A stretch of 63,305 nt of DNA, filler included, from Octopus bimaculoides (taxonomy: Eukaryota), in assembly GCF_001194135.2 (NCBI RefSeq). It is 3 parts of 3 records of this genome, joined end to end, with 100 filler letters (N's around TTAATTAATTAA, not from the genome) between each part and the next. Parts side by side here need not be neighbours in the genome. Positions count along the whole stretch, not along the records: positions 14,837 to 34,107 come from NC_068983.1; positions 34,208 to 63,305 come from NC_069004.1; 1 more part is not named here. One strand, given 5' to 3'. The notes under the pieces are model-generated. The model had not been told where the DNA came from. It searched no databases and saw only the letters and a program-made list of their open reading frames with translations. The position numbers and the translations under genes were made by a program. How positions within the stretch are numbered: position 1 is the first letter of the stretch; every line of letters begins with the position of its first letter. This document shows, one piece after another, positions 23,297-35,900 of this stretch.

Positions 23297-23450
23297 CGTA
23301 TGTGCGCGTGTTTGTAAGGCATGTCTTGACAGCCGGGGTTGACATGTTTACGTCACCGTAACATTGCGCTTCGGCAAGAGGGATTGGTAGCAAAAGTAAC
23401 AGTAATAAATATGAACTGGGGTTGATGTGTTCTACTAAAACCTTCAAGGC
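23110..23450 (+). mobile_element. Diverged SINE family B copy with expanded internal (TG)n
   Basis: accaaagccttgcgagaggattt..gaaacggaaag, then (TG)n, then cttgacagccgg..gtttacgtcaccgtaac: collinear with the reverse complement of 4965-5368. Confidence 0.8.
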
Positions 23451-24065
23451 GTTATTCGAACGCGAACGCTGTGAAAGGCTTAATATGGCATAAGAACATT
23501 AGTGAAGAATTGGTAATTTAAATATATGCAGTGATGACAGATATGGGATGATATATCCAGAATTTGAGGTAAATATTCATATTATATAGGAGTGAATGTG
23601 AACTATTATTGCTGGTTGTAATGAAATTGCAAGACACGGTGTTTTATGAATCATGATATCAGGAACGAATGCATTGTATTTTAAGAATGTAGTTCGGCCA
23701 AACACTGTTTCTTGTTGATTTCCAGTAGAATAAAATTTCTGTTTTTGAATACATCAAGGGTGTCATATCATTAATCTATGACAAATTCCTTGGATCAATG
23801 GAAAGCAGGTAAAAGATTTCGAGAATAGAATACACTCAAAGATGTCACAATATGCATTCATCAATTTCTCGATGTATTGAGATTGAGTATCAGAGCGTAA
23901 ATGGTCGGTAGTTTAGAAATGTATAGTAATGTTACAGTAATCGAAAACAAAAGCACGCTTACACATACTAATGTAGAAACATACTCATACGTCTCCACCC
24001 CCTCCTTTTGCTCTCTCTCTATTTCTCCCTAAGTATATCTTATGTATTATATATATTATATATTA

Positions 24066-25345
24066 TACGGTAGTGGTAAAAGGTTCCTGGATTAGTGCTA
24101 TAGCACTCCAACAAATGGTAGCACACGGTTGCGTGTGCAGTAAGTGCTAGCAGTGATCTTCATGAGGCAGTGTACAGAGTGACACAGTTGTGTTTATTTT
24201 CCAAGTTGTGAAATTCATGTTTTTGTGATCACTTGTATACTGGAGTTTGCGATTTTGTCATGGACAAGAGCAAAGAGCCAACGTGGAATTTTGTATTAAA
24301 ATTGGGACGTCTAACTCAGAGACATTGGACATGCATTGGTAAGCTTACGGGAATGAGACAATGGGTGGTACGGAATGTTTCGAGTGGCATGAGTGCCTCA
24401 GAAGCGACCTAATGTCCCTGGAAGATGTTGAGCGATCTGGAAGTCCTAGCACAAACTCCACCCCTGGAAATGTGGGGAAAATCCATCAGCTTTTGCATGA
24501 GGGTCGTCGGAAGAAAATCAACGACATTGCTGATGTTGTTGGTCTGTCTTATTGGTCCATGTAGTCAATCCTAGCGTCGAAATTGAGCACGCGGCGTGTA
24601 TCAGCCAAGTTTGTCCCCCGCCTGCAAACCACGTAGCAGAAAGAACATCGCATCGAAGTCTGTCAAGACAACCGTCAGCGTGCCGCTGATGACTCTTCCT
24701 TTATTTTGAGGATCATCACCGGGGACGAGTTTTGTGTCTACGTGTACTACCCTGTGACAAAGCAGCAGGCTGCAGTCATCACGATAGAAGTGCCCTTGAT
24801 CTCCACGACCAAAGAAGGCATGACAGAGTCGCAGCTCAACCAACACCATGCTCATCGTGTTTTGTTCGATAACCGTAGTATTCTGAATCGAGAATTCGTC
24901 TCACAGGGCATGATCATTAATCGAGAATTCTACTGCGACGTTTTGAAGCATCTGGGGGGATGACATTTGGTGAAAGCGACCGGATTTGTGGAACGCGAAG
25001 AATTAAATTCTCCTCAACGACAATGCACCTTGTCACCGAGCTCTCCTCACCCGTTAGTTTCTTGCCAAAACAACAGAGCATCGCTTCTGCACCCGCTATA
25101 TTAGTCAGATTTAGCACCTGTGGACTTCCATACAGAAGTGGAAAATGCATCTGAAAGGCCACCATTTTAACACCACTGTTGAAATCGAGCGCATATCGGA
25201 GAAAGTCTTCGACTCAGGAAAGACATCTTTCAGGCCGGATTTAAAAAGTGACAAAAACGACAGGACCAGTACATTCTGTGCAAGGTGACTATTTCGAAGG
25301 ACATGATGTTAAAACGTAGGTAAATAGGTTATTCTTTATTAAACA
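24066..25345 (+). mobile_element. Near full-length degenerate mariner transposon
   Basis: Frameshifted motifs CFEWH..SLEDVERSGSP, RIITGDE, NAPCHR and HPLY*SDLAPVDF (YSPDLAP). The 3' TIR is not seen where the next element begins. Confidence 0.9.
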
Positions 25346-26896
25346 CTAGCAGTAATACCCGTCGTTGGTCGGGTAATTACTTTTACTGTTTCTCGGGCCG
25401 ACAAGCTAAAACAATGGGTATATCATAGAGAAGATTAACTTCACAGAATTCAGTTTCATGCGATGGCACTGAAAAGGCTGCAGGTCAAGTGGAATGTCAC
25501 TGTTGTTACATAAAAAAGCATTGCTGGTCGTGCGTTTATTTGGTGTTAATTTTTTAACGGTCATTTTTTTAGTAGACGTCTTTTTTTGATTAGGAATATC
25601 AGTAAGCAATAGTCAAATGAAATTACAAATGTTGTGTCCGGTCAGTGTTAGTGCCGAAATTCCGACACTCTATTACAGAAATGGAAGGCAAGGCAACAGT
25701 AAGTAATAGTCCAATGAGATTACTAGTGCTGTGTCCTGTCAGCCAGATTTAGATTTACACGTCCTGCATGTATATATTGTATAAGAGAAAAACATCTAAT
25801 AAATGAAGTAGAAAAATGATGGATTTCATATACGAACTTCTGTTCTTCAAGTTGCAGTCCAGCAACTTTTAGTGTATGGCCTTGACTATTAGTAATGCTC
25901 ATATCAGAATCGAGAAGCTACATAATGGGTATATCATATAAAAGAATAGCTTTACGGAATCCCGGTGACTGCGATGGTGCAGAAAATGCTAGGTCAAATG
26001 GAACATCTATTTGTCACAGTTCCTTTTGACGTTTGAAAAGGCGGCATTTCGTGATTGAAGCTAGAAGAATAGCTATATCATATAGAAGAATAACTTTAGG
26101 GAATCCAGATGACTGTGCGAAGGCACTGAGAAGGCCACAAGTGAAGTCGAAGACCCATTTGTCATGTTTTTTTTTTTCAGATTTGAATAGGCCGTACGCC
26201 CAATGAGAATTGAAAGATTCATTTTCGAATCTGAACCAGGATGAGACTACGACTACAGATTTCGGTTTGCGCGTGTCTCGTCATTTTCTGCTGCACGTCG
26301 TCCGCTTGTTTGGTGTTCGTTTTTTGACGGTCTTTTTATTAGGAATATAAATAATTGTAAAATGAAATTACAAATGTGTGTGTCCTGTCAATGTAAGTGC
26401 TAAAATTTCGACGCTATATTACAGGAATGGAAGGCAAGGCAACAGTAAGTAATAGTCCAATAAAATTACAAATGCTGTTTCCTGTCAGTCAAATTTAGCT
26501 TCACTCGTCCTGTATGTTTGTATCATATAAGATGTATACATGAAGTAGAAAAAAAGATGGATTTCATATACGAACTTCTGTTTGTTCTTCAAGTTGCAAT
26601 CCAGCAACTTTTAGTATTTGGCATTGACTTTTATTAATGCTCATGGCAACAGAATGTCAGATAAGAAACTGTAAGGGCTTAAATTTGAATGAGACTTTAG
26701 ATGGTATAACTGGTATGCGACGTAGGAAGACGGTGTCACGTTTACTACAATCAGTGAGAATATTTACCTCAATGCAGTTCGTCGTAAGGTTTGTGCAGAA
26801 TTAGTGTTGCCTCCCTTGGACCAATTACATTCATTTTATGGGACAATCAAACACACAACCGGACATAATCTCTCTTTTATATATATATATATATAT
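25346..26896 (-). mobile_element. Probable non-autonomous Helitron with internal tandem duplications
   Basis: Minus-strand 3' end: hairpin tacccg/cgggta (25356-25375), 6 nt, then CTAG followed by T. The far end reads (ta)n-aaaagagagattatgtccggttgtgtg; a 5' TC is not visible because it runs into the gap. Confidence 0.55.
25525..26642. repeat. ~370-bp diverged direct duplication (25525-25905 vs 26295-26642) plus a shorter sub-repeat starting at ~25417, ~25927 and ~26073
   Basis: Shared exact blocks such as atggaaggcaaggcaacagtaagtaatagtccaat and gatggatttcatatacgaacttctgtt. Confidence 0.92.
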
Positions 26897-27244
26897 NNNN
26901 NNNNNNNNNNNNNNNNNNNNNNNNNNNNNNNNNNNNNNNNNNNNNNNNNNNNNNNNNNNNNNNNNNNNNNNNNNNNNNNNNNNNNNNNNNNNNNNNNNNN
27001 NNNNNNNNNNNNNNNNNNNNNNNNNNNNNNNNNNNNNNNNNNNNNNNNNNNNNNNNNNNNNNNNNNNNNNNNNNNNNNNNNNNNNNNNNNNNNNNNNNNN
27101 NNNNNNNNNNNNNNNNNNNNNNNNNNNNNNNNNNNNNNNNNNNNNNNNNNNNNNNNNNNNNNNNNNNNNNNNNNNNNNNATATATATATACAGCTAAAGA
27201 AATGCTGACTCCTATTTCTAGCAACATTAATGCTACCCTGCACT

Positions 27245-27885
27245 TTTTGTTAATTTTAATGACGGTTCAACTTTTCATTTGTAGTTTTAAATTGCGTCTA
27301 GCCACCTTAATCATTTTACAATTTATAATTTTCACATTACTAATTCGGGAAATGCTGTCTGCTGACAAGTGAAATTTAGCTTAAATATCAGCCATTGAGT
27401 AGCATCACCGATGGTCATTAATTTTATGCGAAACTAGCGTGCCAATCTGATGCCATTGCTTTCTGTGAGGAGATTATCTATCTTGCCAGTACATAGAACT
27501 ATGCTTAGCTCCTGGCTAAAGAGTCCTTGACTATTATTACTAGCTACAGTGGTGATGAGCTTAACCCTTAGGCACTTTTCGTGACGTTTTTATTGTTCCT
27601 TTTTAGTTTTGAATTGCATTTAGCCATCTTAATCTTCTTATAATTTTCACATTACAACATTACCATTTTGCTGAATGAGCCATTTATTGTTACGATAAAT
27701 TCTATATCTACTAATAAATAGAATTCTGCTGAACTACCAGCTATGATGCAGCATCACCGATTAACATTAATTTCATGGGAAATTGGTGTGCCAGTCAGAT
27801 GCCGTCGCTCGCTGTGGGGAGATTGTCCCCTTTGTCAGCACTAAGAATTGTGCTTATATCGTGGCTAAAGAGTCATTGAGTTTTA
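27245..27885. repeat. Diverged ~300-bp tandem duplication
   Basis: Shared anchors ataattttcacattac, gcatcaccgat and tggctaaagagtc in both halves. Confidence 0.75.
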
Positions 27886-27939
27886 TTTTTAGCAATGATG
27901 GTGCTGCCCTACACACACACACACACGCACACACACACG

Positions 27940-27970
<31 letters not shown>

Positions 27971-28541
27971 GTATATATNNNNNNNNNNNNNNNNNNNNNN
28001 NNNNNNNNNNNNNNNNNNNNNNNNNNNNNNNNNNNNNNNNNNNNNNNNNNNNNNNNNNNNNNNNNNNNNNNNNNNNNNNNNNNNNNNNNNNNNNNNNNNN
28101 NNNNNNNNNNNNNNNNNNNNNNNNNNNNNNNNNNNNNNNNNNNNNNNNNNNNNNNNNNNNNNNNNNNNNNNNNNNNNNNNNNNNNNNNNNNNNNNNNNNN
28201 NNNNNNNNNNNNNNNNNNNNNNNNNNNNNNNNNNNNNNNNNNNNNNNNNNNNNNNNNNNNNNNNNNNNNNNNNNNNNNNNNNNNNNNNNNNNNNNNNNNN
28301 NNNNNNNNNNNNNNNNNNNNNNNNNNNNNNNNNNNNNNNNNNNNNNNNNNNNNNNNNNNNNNNNNNNNNNNNNNNNNNNNNNNNNNNNNNNNNNNNNNNN
28401 NNNNNNNNNNNNNNNNNNNNNNNNNNNNNNNNNNNNNNNNNNNNNNNNNNNNNNNNNNNNNNNNNNNNNNNNNNNNNNNNNNNNNNNNNNNNNNNNNNNN
28501 NNNNNNNNNNNNNNNNNNNNNNNNNNNNNNNNNNNNNNNNN

Positions 28542-28591
<50 letters not shown>

Positions 28592-29622
28592 GAATATATA
28601 TATGTATATATATAAATATTCGTGCATTTATACATGTATGTGTGTGTATATAGATACATATGCGAGCATTTATATATCTATGAGTGTGTGTGTATGTGTA
28701 TATGTTTATATATGTGTATGTATGTATTGTGTAACTCAGATCACTATAGATGGATATTCATGTAGTATCTAATAAACAGTTTCTATGGAGAGCTTTAACT
28801 TCTTACTATTTACTTGCATACGTGGAGAAGTTTGTGCATATTTAATCGTGTTTTGGCAATTTTACATGTATATACGAAGTGCTGAAAGCCTAATGGGAAA
28901 CATTTAACAATTTATTATGAAGTTTAGCAAATTTATAGCTACTGATATTTTAGTGTTCCATTAAATCTGCTCAGAGTCATATGAAGATACGAATTCCACT
29001 TCACTCATTTTCCAGACTGAAAATCCTGGTATTCCGTCAATCAAATAGTCATTGTATATTTCTGCGTAGTAAATCATATATTTCAATCTGACTGTTAGGG
29101 ATTATTGGTTGTATCATAGCTAATATTTATTACTGGTGTTCATAATTGTTTTCAGCTACTTTAATAAGTACGTTATTTCGGGCATTGTATTATATGGCTG
29201 TCTGCAATCATGAAGGATTAAGTTTCAGTCCTAATGATATATATCACTATATTTATTAAATGATAAACGTTTATTAGCGCTAAAAGTCAATTATCAAAGC
29301 GTTTGATGTTTATAACCATGTTTAGCATGAATGTGAACGATGTTTATAACAGTGCTTGATAAATGAATATATCCAATAATAATGTCTCGATATACGAGTT
29401 GATTTGTTCTCGTCTCGTAAGGCGGATCTTCATAAAGTAAGATATTACTGTATTGGCAATTGACATACATCCCATTATAATCAGAGTTAAAATTCTAAAA
29501 TTGATTTTACTCTCATGGACACCAAGGACTACTCCAGTTCTATATTTGAGAGATGAGGAATTATGTACATCATTTACATTATTTACATTTGTCGGATATT
29601 TGTCCTCATCTTGTTTGTTGTT

Positions 29623-29656
29623 AACACAACGTTTCCTCCAGCCTTCATCAGGTGTC
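29623..29656 (-). ncRNA. Minimal type-I hammerhead motif, intact core, stem II partly deleted
   Basis: Minus strand: gacac-CTGATGA-A-ggctggag-GAAAC-GTT-gtgtt; stem I gacac/gtgtt. Confidence 0.6.
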
Positions 29657-29827
29657 TTGGGGAAATTTCGAACCTAGGTTCTCATTCCTAAGGTATTTTT
29701 CAATGGAGAAGAAGAAGAAGAAGAAGAAGAAGAAGAAGAAGAAGAAGAAGAAGAAGAAGAAGAAGAAGAAGAAGAAGAAGAAGAAGAAGAAGAAGAAGAA
29801 GAAGAAGAAGAAGAAGAATTCGAAATT

Positions 29828-29867
29828 TGATGAAGGCTGGAGGGCACGTCAGCCGAAACATTGTCTT
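29828..29867 (+). ncRNA. Minimal type-I hammerhead motif, intact stem II, 5' stem I strand and C3 lost
   Basis: TGATGA-A-ggctg/gagggcacgt/cagcc-GAAAC-att-gtctt. Confidence 0.6.
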
Positions 29868-31549
29868 ATTAACAAACAAGACGAGGGCAAGTATCCGTCA
29901 AATGTAAATAATGCAAAGACTAGTTGCTTAGTACGCGGCCAGCAATTTAGTAGCATACATAATAACCTTAAATTTGTAACGCTGCGATTAAGATGGAAAA
30001 TTTATTTTAACCGTGCAATCAAGGTAACTTCAGAATGGTTGTTTGTCCTGCCAGATAAAAAAGCCAATTTTCTTCTCACAATTTATCCTCTAAATCTATT
30101 CAAGTGTTTCAAAACATGTTTGTTTCTCTCTATGGCTGATAAGAACTCAAGATAGTCATGACTGGAACAACTCAAATTTAGAGATGACTTCTTTCTCTCG
30201 TTCTCTCTCTCTCATTCTTTCTGTCTGTTTCTCTATCTCTGTCTCCTACGGCGTCATTATCGGAATCCCATGCTATGTTGCCGCGCGCAACTTGGCATTT
30301 ATTGGGCTGAGCTTTGTGGAACCCGCTGCTAAAGTTGTCGAGTTCCTTCTCTTTGTGCCAACAAGCTATTTTCTTTCAGTCTGCCGGTTGTTACCAAGTG
30401 TTCAATTCTTGTTCTTATATACTATCGAATGGACTGAGGCTGTCGCCTCATCATGCTGCTAAGAAACATACGTTCGTTACCCCTCGAAGGACCTCACTAT
30501 TTTTCAAGCTATTTCAAAAGAAAATCGTCGACACTTTGTAAGTAACTACATGTTGATGTTCGAAATCACACAACCGTTTATAGGCATGGGTTGTATGTAT
30601 GCGGTTAGAACAGGTGTGTGAACAGGCCGCGAGATCATGCAAACTACTTCCCTCTCCTAAGTGTTAATGAAACCATTTGCTTAAACAAAAGCGTAGGAGA
30701 GCTAGACGCTCGTAAACAAAATTTAAACAGGTAGATGGCAACTGAAAATGTCACTCTATTTTTGCTGAGACACGTCGTATATCTTGAGATTTTAGGTCCT
30801 ACTTGTAGGGGAAGAAATCAACATGGATCGGATAAATGAGCTACTTTCAAGTTGAAGAAAAGGTGTATATTGAATTCGTATTTATCTACGCTACCGGTAT
30901 TCATCTATGTAATGTGTTCTGAGTTAACTGAACTATTGATAATACATCTTACGACCGTAATTAATCCATGGTTCACTTTATGTTTTGCCTTGCATCATGT
31001 ATCCTTCATTTTCAAAGACTTAGGTGAATATTGAGTGAACTTGGTTGTTATACTAAGTATTTTTACGTCGCTGCATAGAGAAGAGATTCTATAGATTGTA
31101 AGAAGCTGTTTGTGTTTATTGGGGTGGGTTTGATATACGTATGTTCGAAACCACTTGCAAAAATTTGTTCAAATGTTATGCTTATATTCGGACATAATCA
31201 AATTTCATTTAATCTGAACACGGGCATGATTCATGCATTAAATCATAATCCTTCTTGCAAGGTTTTCATTAACTGTATGATGGAGAGTCATTTGAAGTTT
31301 ATTGTAGAACGTTTATTGCCTGGCTAAAGTTAGAACTGGCGCTTCTATTTATTTTCTAGTTTAAATGAGACAATTGTATCTGCTCAGTTGCGTTTGTATC
31401 CATTATTTATTTGGTCTCGTTCTGCAAGCTATTTGATTTTGGTTCAGTAAGGCTCGGAGATAGTAGATTTACAGATTTCATTTTAGAATGAATAGATCTT
31501 CAAATTTGACGCAATTTCTGGGAATAGAATGTTTCAAAATTTGTAGCAG

Positions 31550-31875
31550 TGGTCAGCTGGCATTATTTTATCGACCGCGAAAGAATAAAAGGTAAAGTCG
31601 ATCTCGATGGAATTTGAAATTGGAACATGAAGACCGTCCAAACATTTTTCCCGGTGTGCTAACGATTCTGTCAGCTGGATACGTTGCCTGTCAAGGAAAA
31701 ATTGCTTTCAAATTTTGGTACAAGGCCAGCAATTTCAGGAGTGCTGGTAAGTTGATAACATAGACTGCAGTGCGCGGTTGGTACTTCGTCTATCGACCCA
31801 GAAAAGATGAAAAGCAAAATCAACATCAGCAGAATTTAACCTCAGAACGTGAAGACGGATGAAATGTCGCTGATC
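31550..31875 (-). mobile_element. Two family-A SINE copies
   Basis: Reverse-oriented aaaggtaaagtcga..aatttgaa..gctaacgattctg modules. Confidence 0.75.
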
Positions 31876-32199
31876 ATTAAAAATCACTGATCATTAAAAA
31901 TCCACATTTTTATTGCAGTTAACTCGAAAACTTTAAGATAAGGTGCAATTCAGTAATAACTGTTCCATATAGGCTTATGCATTCTTCTCCGTGAGATACT
32001 CTAATACGATGATCAATGTTAGCTGGGGTATAAAGTTTTATAATGTAGTCCTAATTGTCTTAAATATAGAAATATTTTCCCTTTTAATTCGATTTTTTTA
32101 AAAATTACTTTTATTTACTATATAATTCAAAAGAAGAAAAAACATATATGTACTGTATAATTTGTATTAAATTCTGAAACATACATGCAAATATATATT

Positions 32200-32249
<50 letters not shown>

Positions 32250-32384
32250 ACACACCCACACACACACATACACACACACACATATATATATATATATATG
32301 CATATGTGTATACATTTATAAGTGTGCTTATATATACATGCCAACACCTAAACATAGTTATGCACATATATTTTTGTCTGAGCA

Positions 32385-32415
<31 letters not shown>

Positions 32416-34107
32416 CTAGCAATTTTTGTATTTGAGTATGAATGTGTGTATACGTCTATTTGCATATGTATAATGACAATAGAATTGTCGAAATAGATGG
32501 TATCTGCATTTACAGCAGTGAGACCTGGACATCTTTGGCGAGCTTGAAGCGGAATTGGTCAGTATTGTCAGTATTCACCAATTTATTACCTTACACGATA
32601 TATCTGATACGGACAAATTATTTCAAAAGCCACAACAGATTTATGAGCATCCGTAATACATAAGCGCATTCTTAAAGCATTTATAAAATAAACCTGATGC
32701 TATGAAAGTCACGTGAGCCACCAGTGCAGCAAGATAACAAATCCACCCTGTATCCTACTACTTCTATTTTGCAAGAGCTAAACTAATCTAAGCTATTTAA
32801 AAAGAAAATCATGAAAAAATTACATATCAGAAGGGATTTTATGTATTGTTAACTCAAATAAGCTTATCATTCTCATGTTTTATAAAAAAAAAAAAAAACG
32901 TTCAGTCATCAATTTATATATCTTACGTGCATGTAAGTGCGTATTTTAAATAAGGACATATGTATAAAATAAAAGCCATTGTAGGCTATATCATACACAT
33001 ATTTCTATTTTCTTTTCAATATCACCGAGCGCACAATTGAAAATCTAATATCTATGATTGACTACGTACATTGACCTTTCATGAATATATTTTGATTTTG
33101 TATATGGCTGTATGCATGGGAGAAATAGAGTGCTAGGTAGAGATAGATTGAAGATTGAAAAAGAGAGAGAACGTGGGGTGCATTAGGTTGAGTGCTTCAG
33201 GAATGAGTATATGTACATGTAAATCACATATGTCTAAAGGGATCCGTATATATAAAACGAATGATTACACGAAGTTAATCAGATTTGGCATGCATGCAAA
33301 TCTACATATGTATGTCAATGCATATATATCTATTATTTTGTATATACATTCATTGGGTAGGTGTATCTATATGTATATACCTCACAAAGGCTTGTAGGCA
33401 ATAACATGTAGATTTTTTAAAAAACAATTCATTGTCCTTTACATATATGTATATACACACGCACACATATACATANNNNNNNNNNNNNNNNNNNNNNNNN
33501 NNNNNNNNNNNNNNNNNNNNNNNNNNNNNNNNNNNNNNNNNNNNNNNNNNNNNNNNNNNNNNNNNNNNNNNNNNNTCTTCGGCACGTGGGCAAAAATACT
33601 GACGTAAGTCTTACATCCAAGATATGCCGATAATGTGTTTATTCATCATAAACCGCTAGAGGGAATTTGCTGTAAAGTCTACCAAAGGCTACCTGCAACA
33701 CACGTGATTATTTCGACCTCAAGAAAAGGACGACGACATAATCATAACTTTGAACAAGTTTGATTGAGCCACACTTTATTGGTACGTATTAAAGGCATAT
33801 TATGTACGCATTATATAATTTTAAACGTAAACGCATTAGAAAACTTTAAACTATCTGAAATTTCTAGAACCTTCAATTGAAAGCAATGCGCTGTAAGGAA
33901 AATTCACTGTACTATCTTTTGTCTTAGGCAGACATTACCGCAATTGAAGCCGGCTCATCATTTACTTGTCGTTCTTTTGAAGGCAATAAATTAAGCAGTG
34001 AGACGGGCTTAAACAAAACCTGCTTTTGTATAGAAAATTTCCTTCCGAATCCAGCATTCATTGATTGAAACCAGTAAAAGAATATCATACATATTTACGT
34101 ATATATA

Positions 34108-34207
34108 NNNNNNNNNNNNNNNNNNNNNNNNNNNNNNNNNNNNNNNNNNNNTTAATTAATTAANNNNNNNNNNNNNNNNNNNNNNNNNNNNNNNNNNNNN
34201 NNNNNNN
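34108..34207. other. Artificial scaffold-join spacer (N44-TTAATTAATTAA-N44)
   Basis: Identical to 14737-14836. Confidence 0.93.
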
Positions 34208-34270
<63 letters not shown>

Positions 34271-35209
34271 AGGTATATATATATATGTGTGAGTTTTTAT
34301 AAGCATGTATTATCTATAGAGATGTATATATACACACACATATGTATAGGTGTATAGGTACATCCATATATATGCATGTGTGTAGATGTGAATTTGTGCC
34401 TTTATTCCTCAGTCATACACCAATGCACTCAAATTTTCACAGTTTTCGTTTCATTTATATATTTCTACAACAGTACTTTCTTGTTTCCACAACAATCCTC
34501 AGGTCAATATTTGTATATTAGTTATTTATTGGTAAATATTTACATAGTAAGTACATTTATTCTACATGAATATTTATGAGTACATAATGAAAAAGTATCA
34601 AATATTTGAATTCATTATCTGAACACATGTAAGTACACCAGCAGTGCAGAAGAGGCTGTCATGCCAGTCAAATCCCTTCAGATACTCATTTTGAAACATA
34701 CCACAATAATAGTTTCTTAATATTTTACTGAGTTCAAATTGCTCCATGGTCAACTTTGCCTTCATCCTTTTTGGTTGATAAAATAAGTACCAGTTGAATA
34801 CTGGGATCGATATAATTGACTTACCATCTCCCCTGAAATTGCTGGCTTTGTGCTAAATTTGAAATCAATATTTCATAAAAGTTTTATAAAAACTTAAATG
34901 GAATTTAAAGAAGAGCAAAAGAAAAGCTTTTATGGAAGTACTAAATGGAGAGGAAAGTTAATTTGAATTTGGTTTGATTTCAAAATAACATTTATTCAAG
35001 ACCAGAATAATAGTTGTAAACTCCTTTGCTATGTACATATAAATATTCACTGAGATACAGTTGCTATATTTAAAAAATATTTTTATAACATTTCAATACA
35101 AAGAAACAGGGAAAGAAGTGTATAAGAAAAAAAGAAAAAAATGAGGGGGTAATAAACAGGAGAATATGGAGGGCTGAAGATAGGCCACATATCCAAAGAA
35201 AGGGTGTGC

Positions 35210-35460
35210 TCAGCCACTTCCTGCAGTAACGATCATGATAACATTGCTATGGAGAATGGCCAGTGACACTCATTGCAACAGCCACTTCACATCATGGGGC
35301 TCATTTCTCAGATGGGTCACCATTATCCCTATCTTGTGGAGGAAATCGGTAGTATAGGGTCCTAAAACACCTGACATCTAGATAGCAACTGGCACAAACT
35401 GATAACGGCTGGCCAGGGCCCTGTATTTATTGATATTTCTCTCCTCTGCATTACGAGCCC
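35210..35460 (-). mobile_element. CRE-clade-like non-LTR retrotransposon, RLE C-terminal remnant
   Basis: One frame reads AEERNINKYRALASRYQFVPVAI*MSGVLGPYTTDFLHKIGIMVTHLRNEPHDVKWLLQ*VSLAILHSNV, fitting AExxKxxKY..FxPxAxETxGxxG..L..I..EP..WLxQRxSxA..GN. Both stops could be single-base changes (GAG, CGA). Confidence 0.7.
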
Positions 35461-35744
35461 AAATATAACTGTTATTATGTTCATTAGATAGTTGTAAAAA
35501 CATAAAATTACTTGTGAGGAAACATCTGAATATACATGTGTGTATATATAATATATATAAAACGAAACTTTGACTTTGTTGGTGTTTAGTTGACGAATAT
35601 ACATTTTCAGTACACAATTTTACCAACATGTGTATGTATATATATGTATGTGTGTATATGCTTGTATATATTACATATACACTCACACACACACACACAC
35701 ATATATATATTTACGTGTCCCCTTTCAATTTATAGATGTAGGCA

Positions 35745-35900
35745 TTGATGTATAATTAAAAGGCTCTCTTTGCAACTATATGGTTTCCGGTTCAGTTCAA
35801 CTTTGTGACATCTTGGGCAAGTCTCTTCCACTCTAGCCCTGAGCTGACCAATGCTATGTAAGAGAATTTGGTACATGGAAACTATCTGGAAGCCAGTTGT
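35745..35900 (+). mobile_element. SINE family B head, diverged
   Basis: ggttccggttcagttc..cttgggcaagtctcttccactctagccc. Confidence 0.65.

Larger units (their letters stand above)
29577..29913. mobile_element. Penelope-type inverted repeat pair around a (GAA)n tract, each arm carrying a hammerhead-like motif
   Basis: Arms ~29577-29672 and ~29818-29913 are reverse complements with indels; (GAA)n at ~29706-29817. Confidence 0.75.

Noticed and set aside
30850-31330. Possible further Penelope RT C-terminal relic on the minus strand (HPNKHK-like)
   Set aside because: Only scattered residues match; not enough for a call.
33575-33720. Cluster of CACGTG and TGACGT motifs suggesting an enhancer or promoter
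   Set aside because: Short motifs expected by chance; no adjacent gene or transcript evidence.
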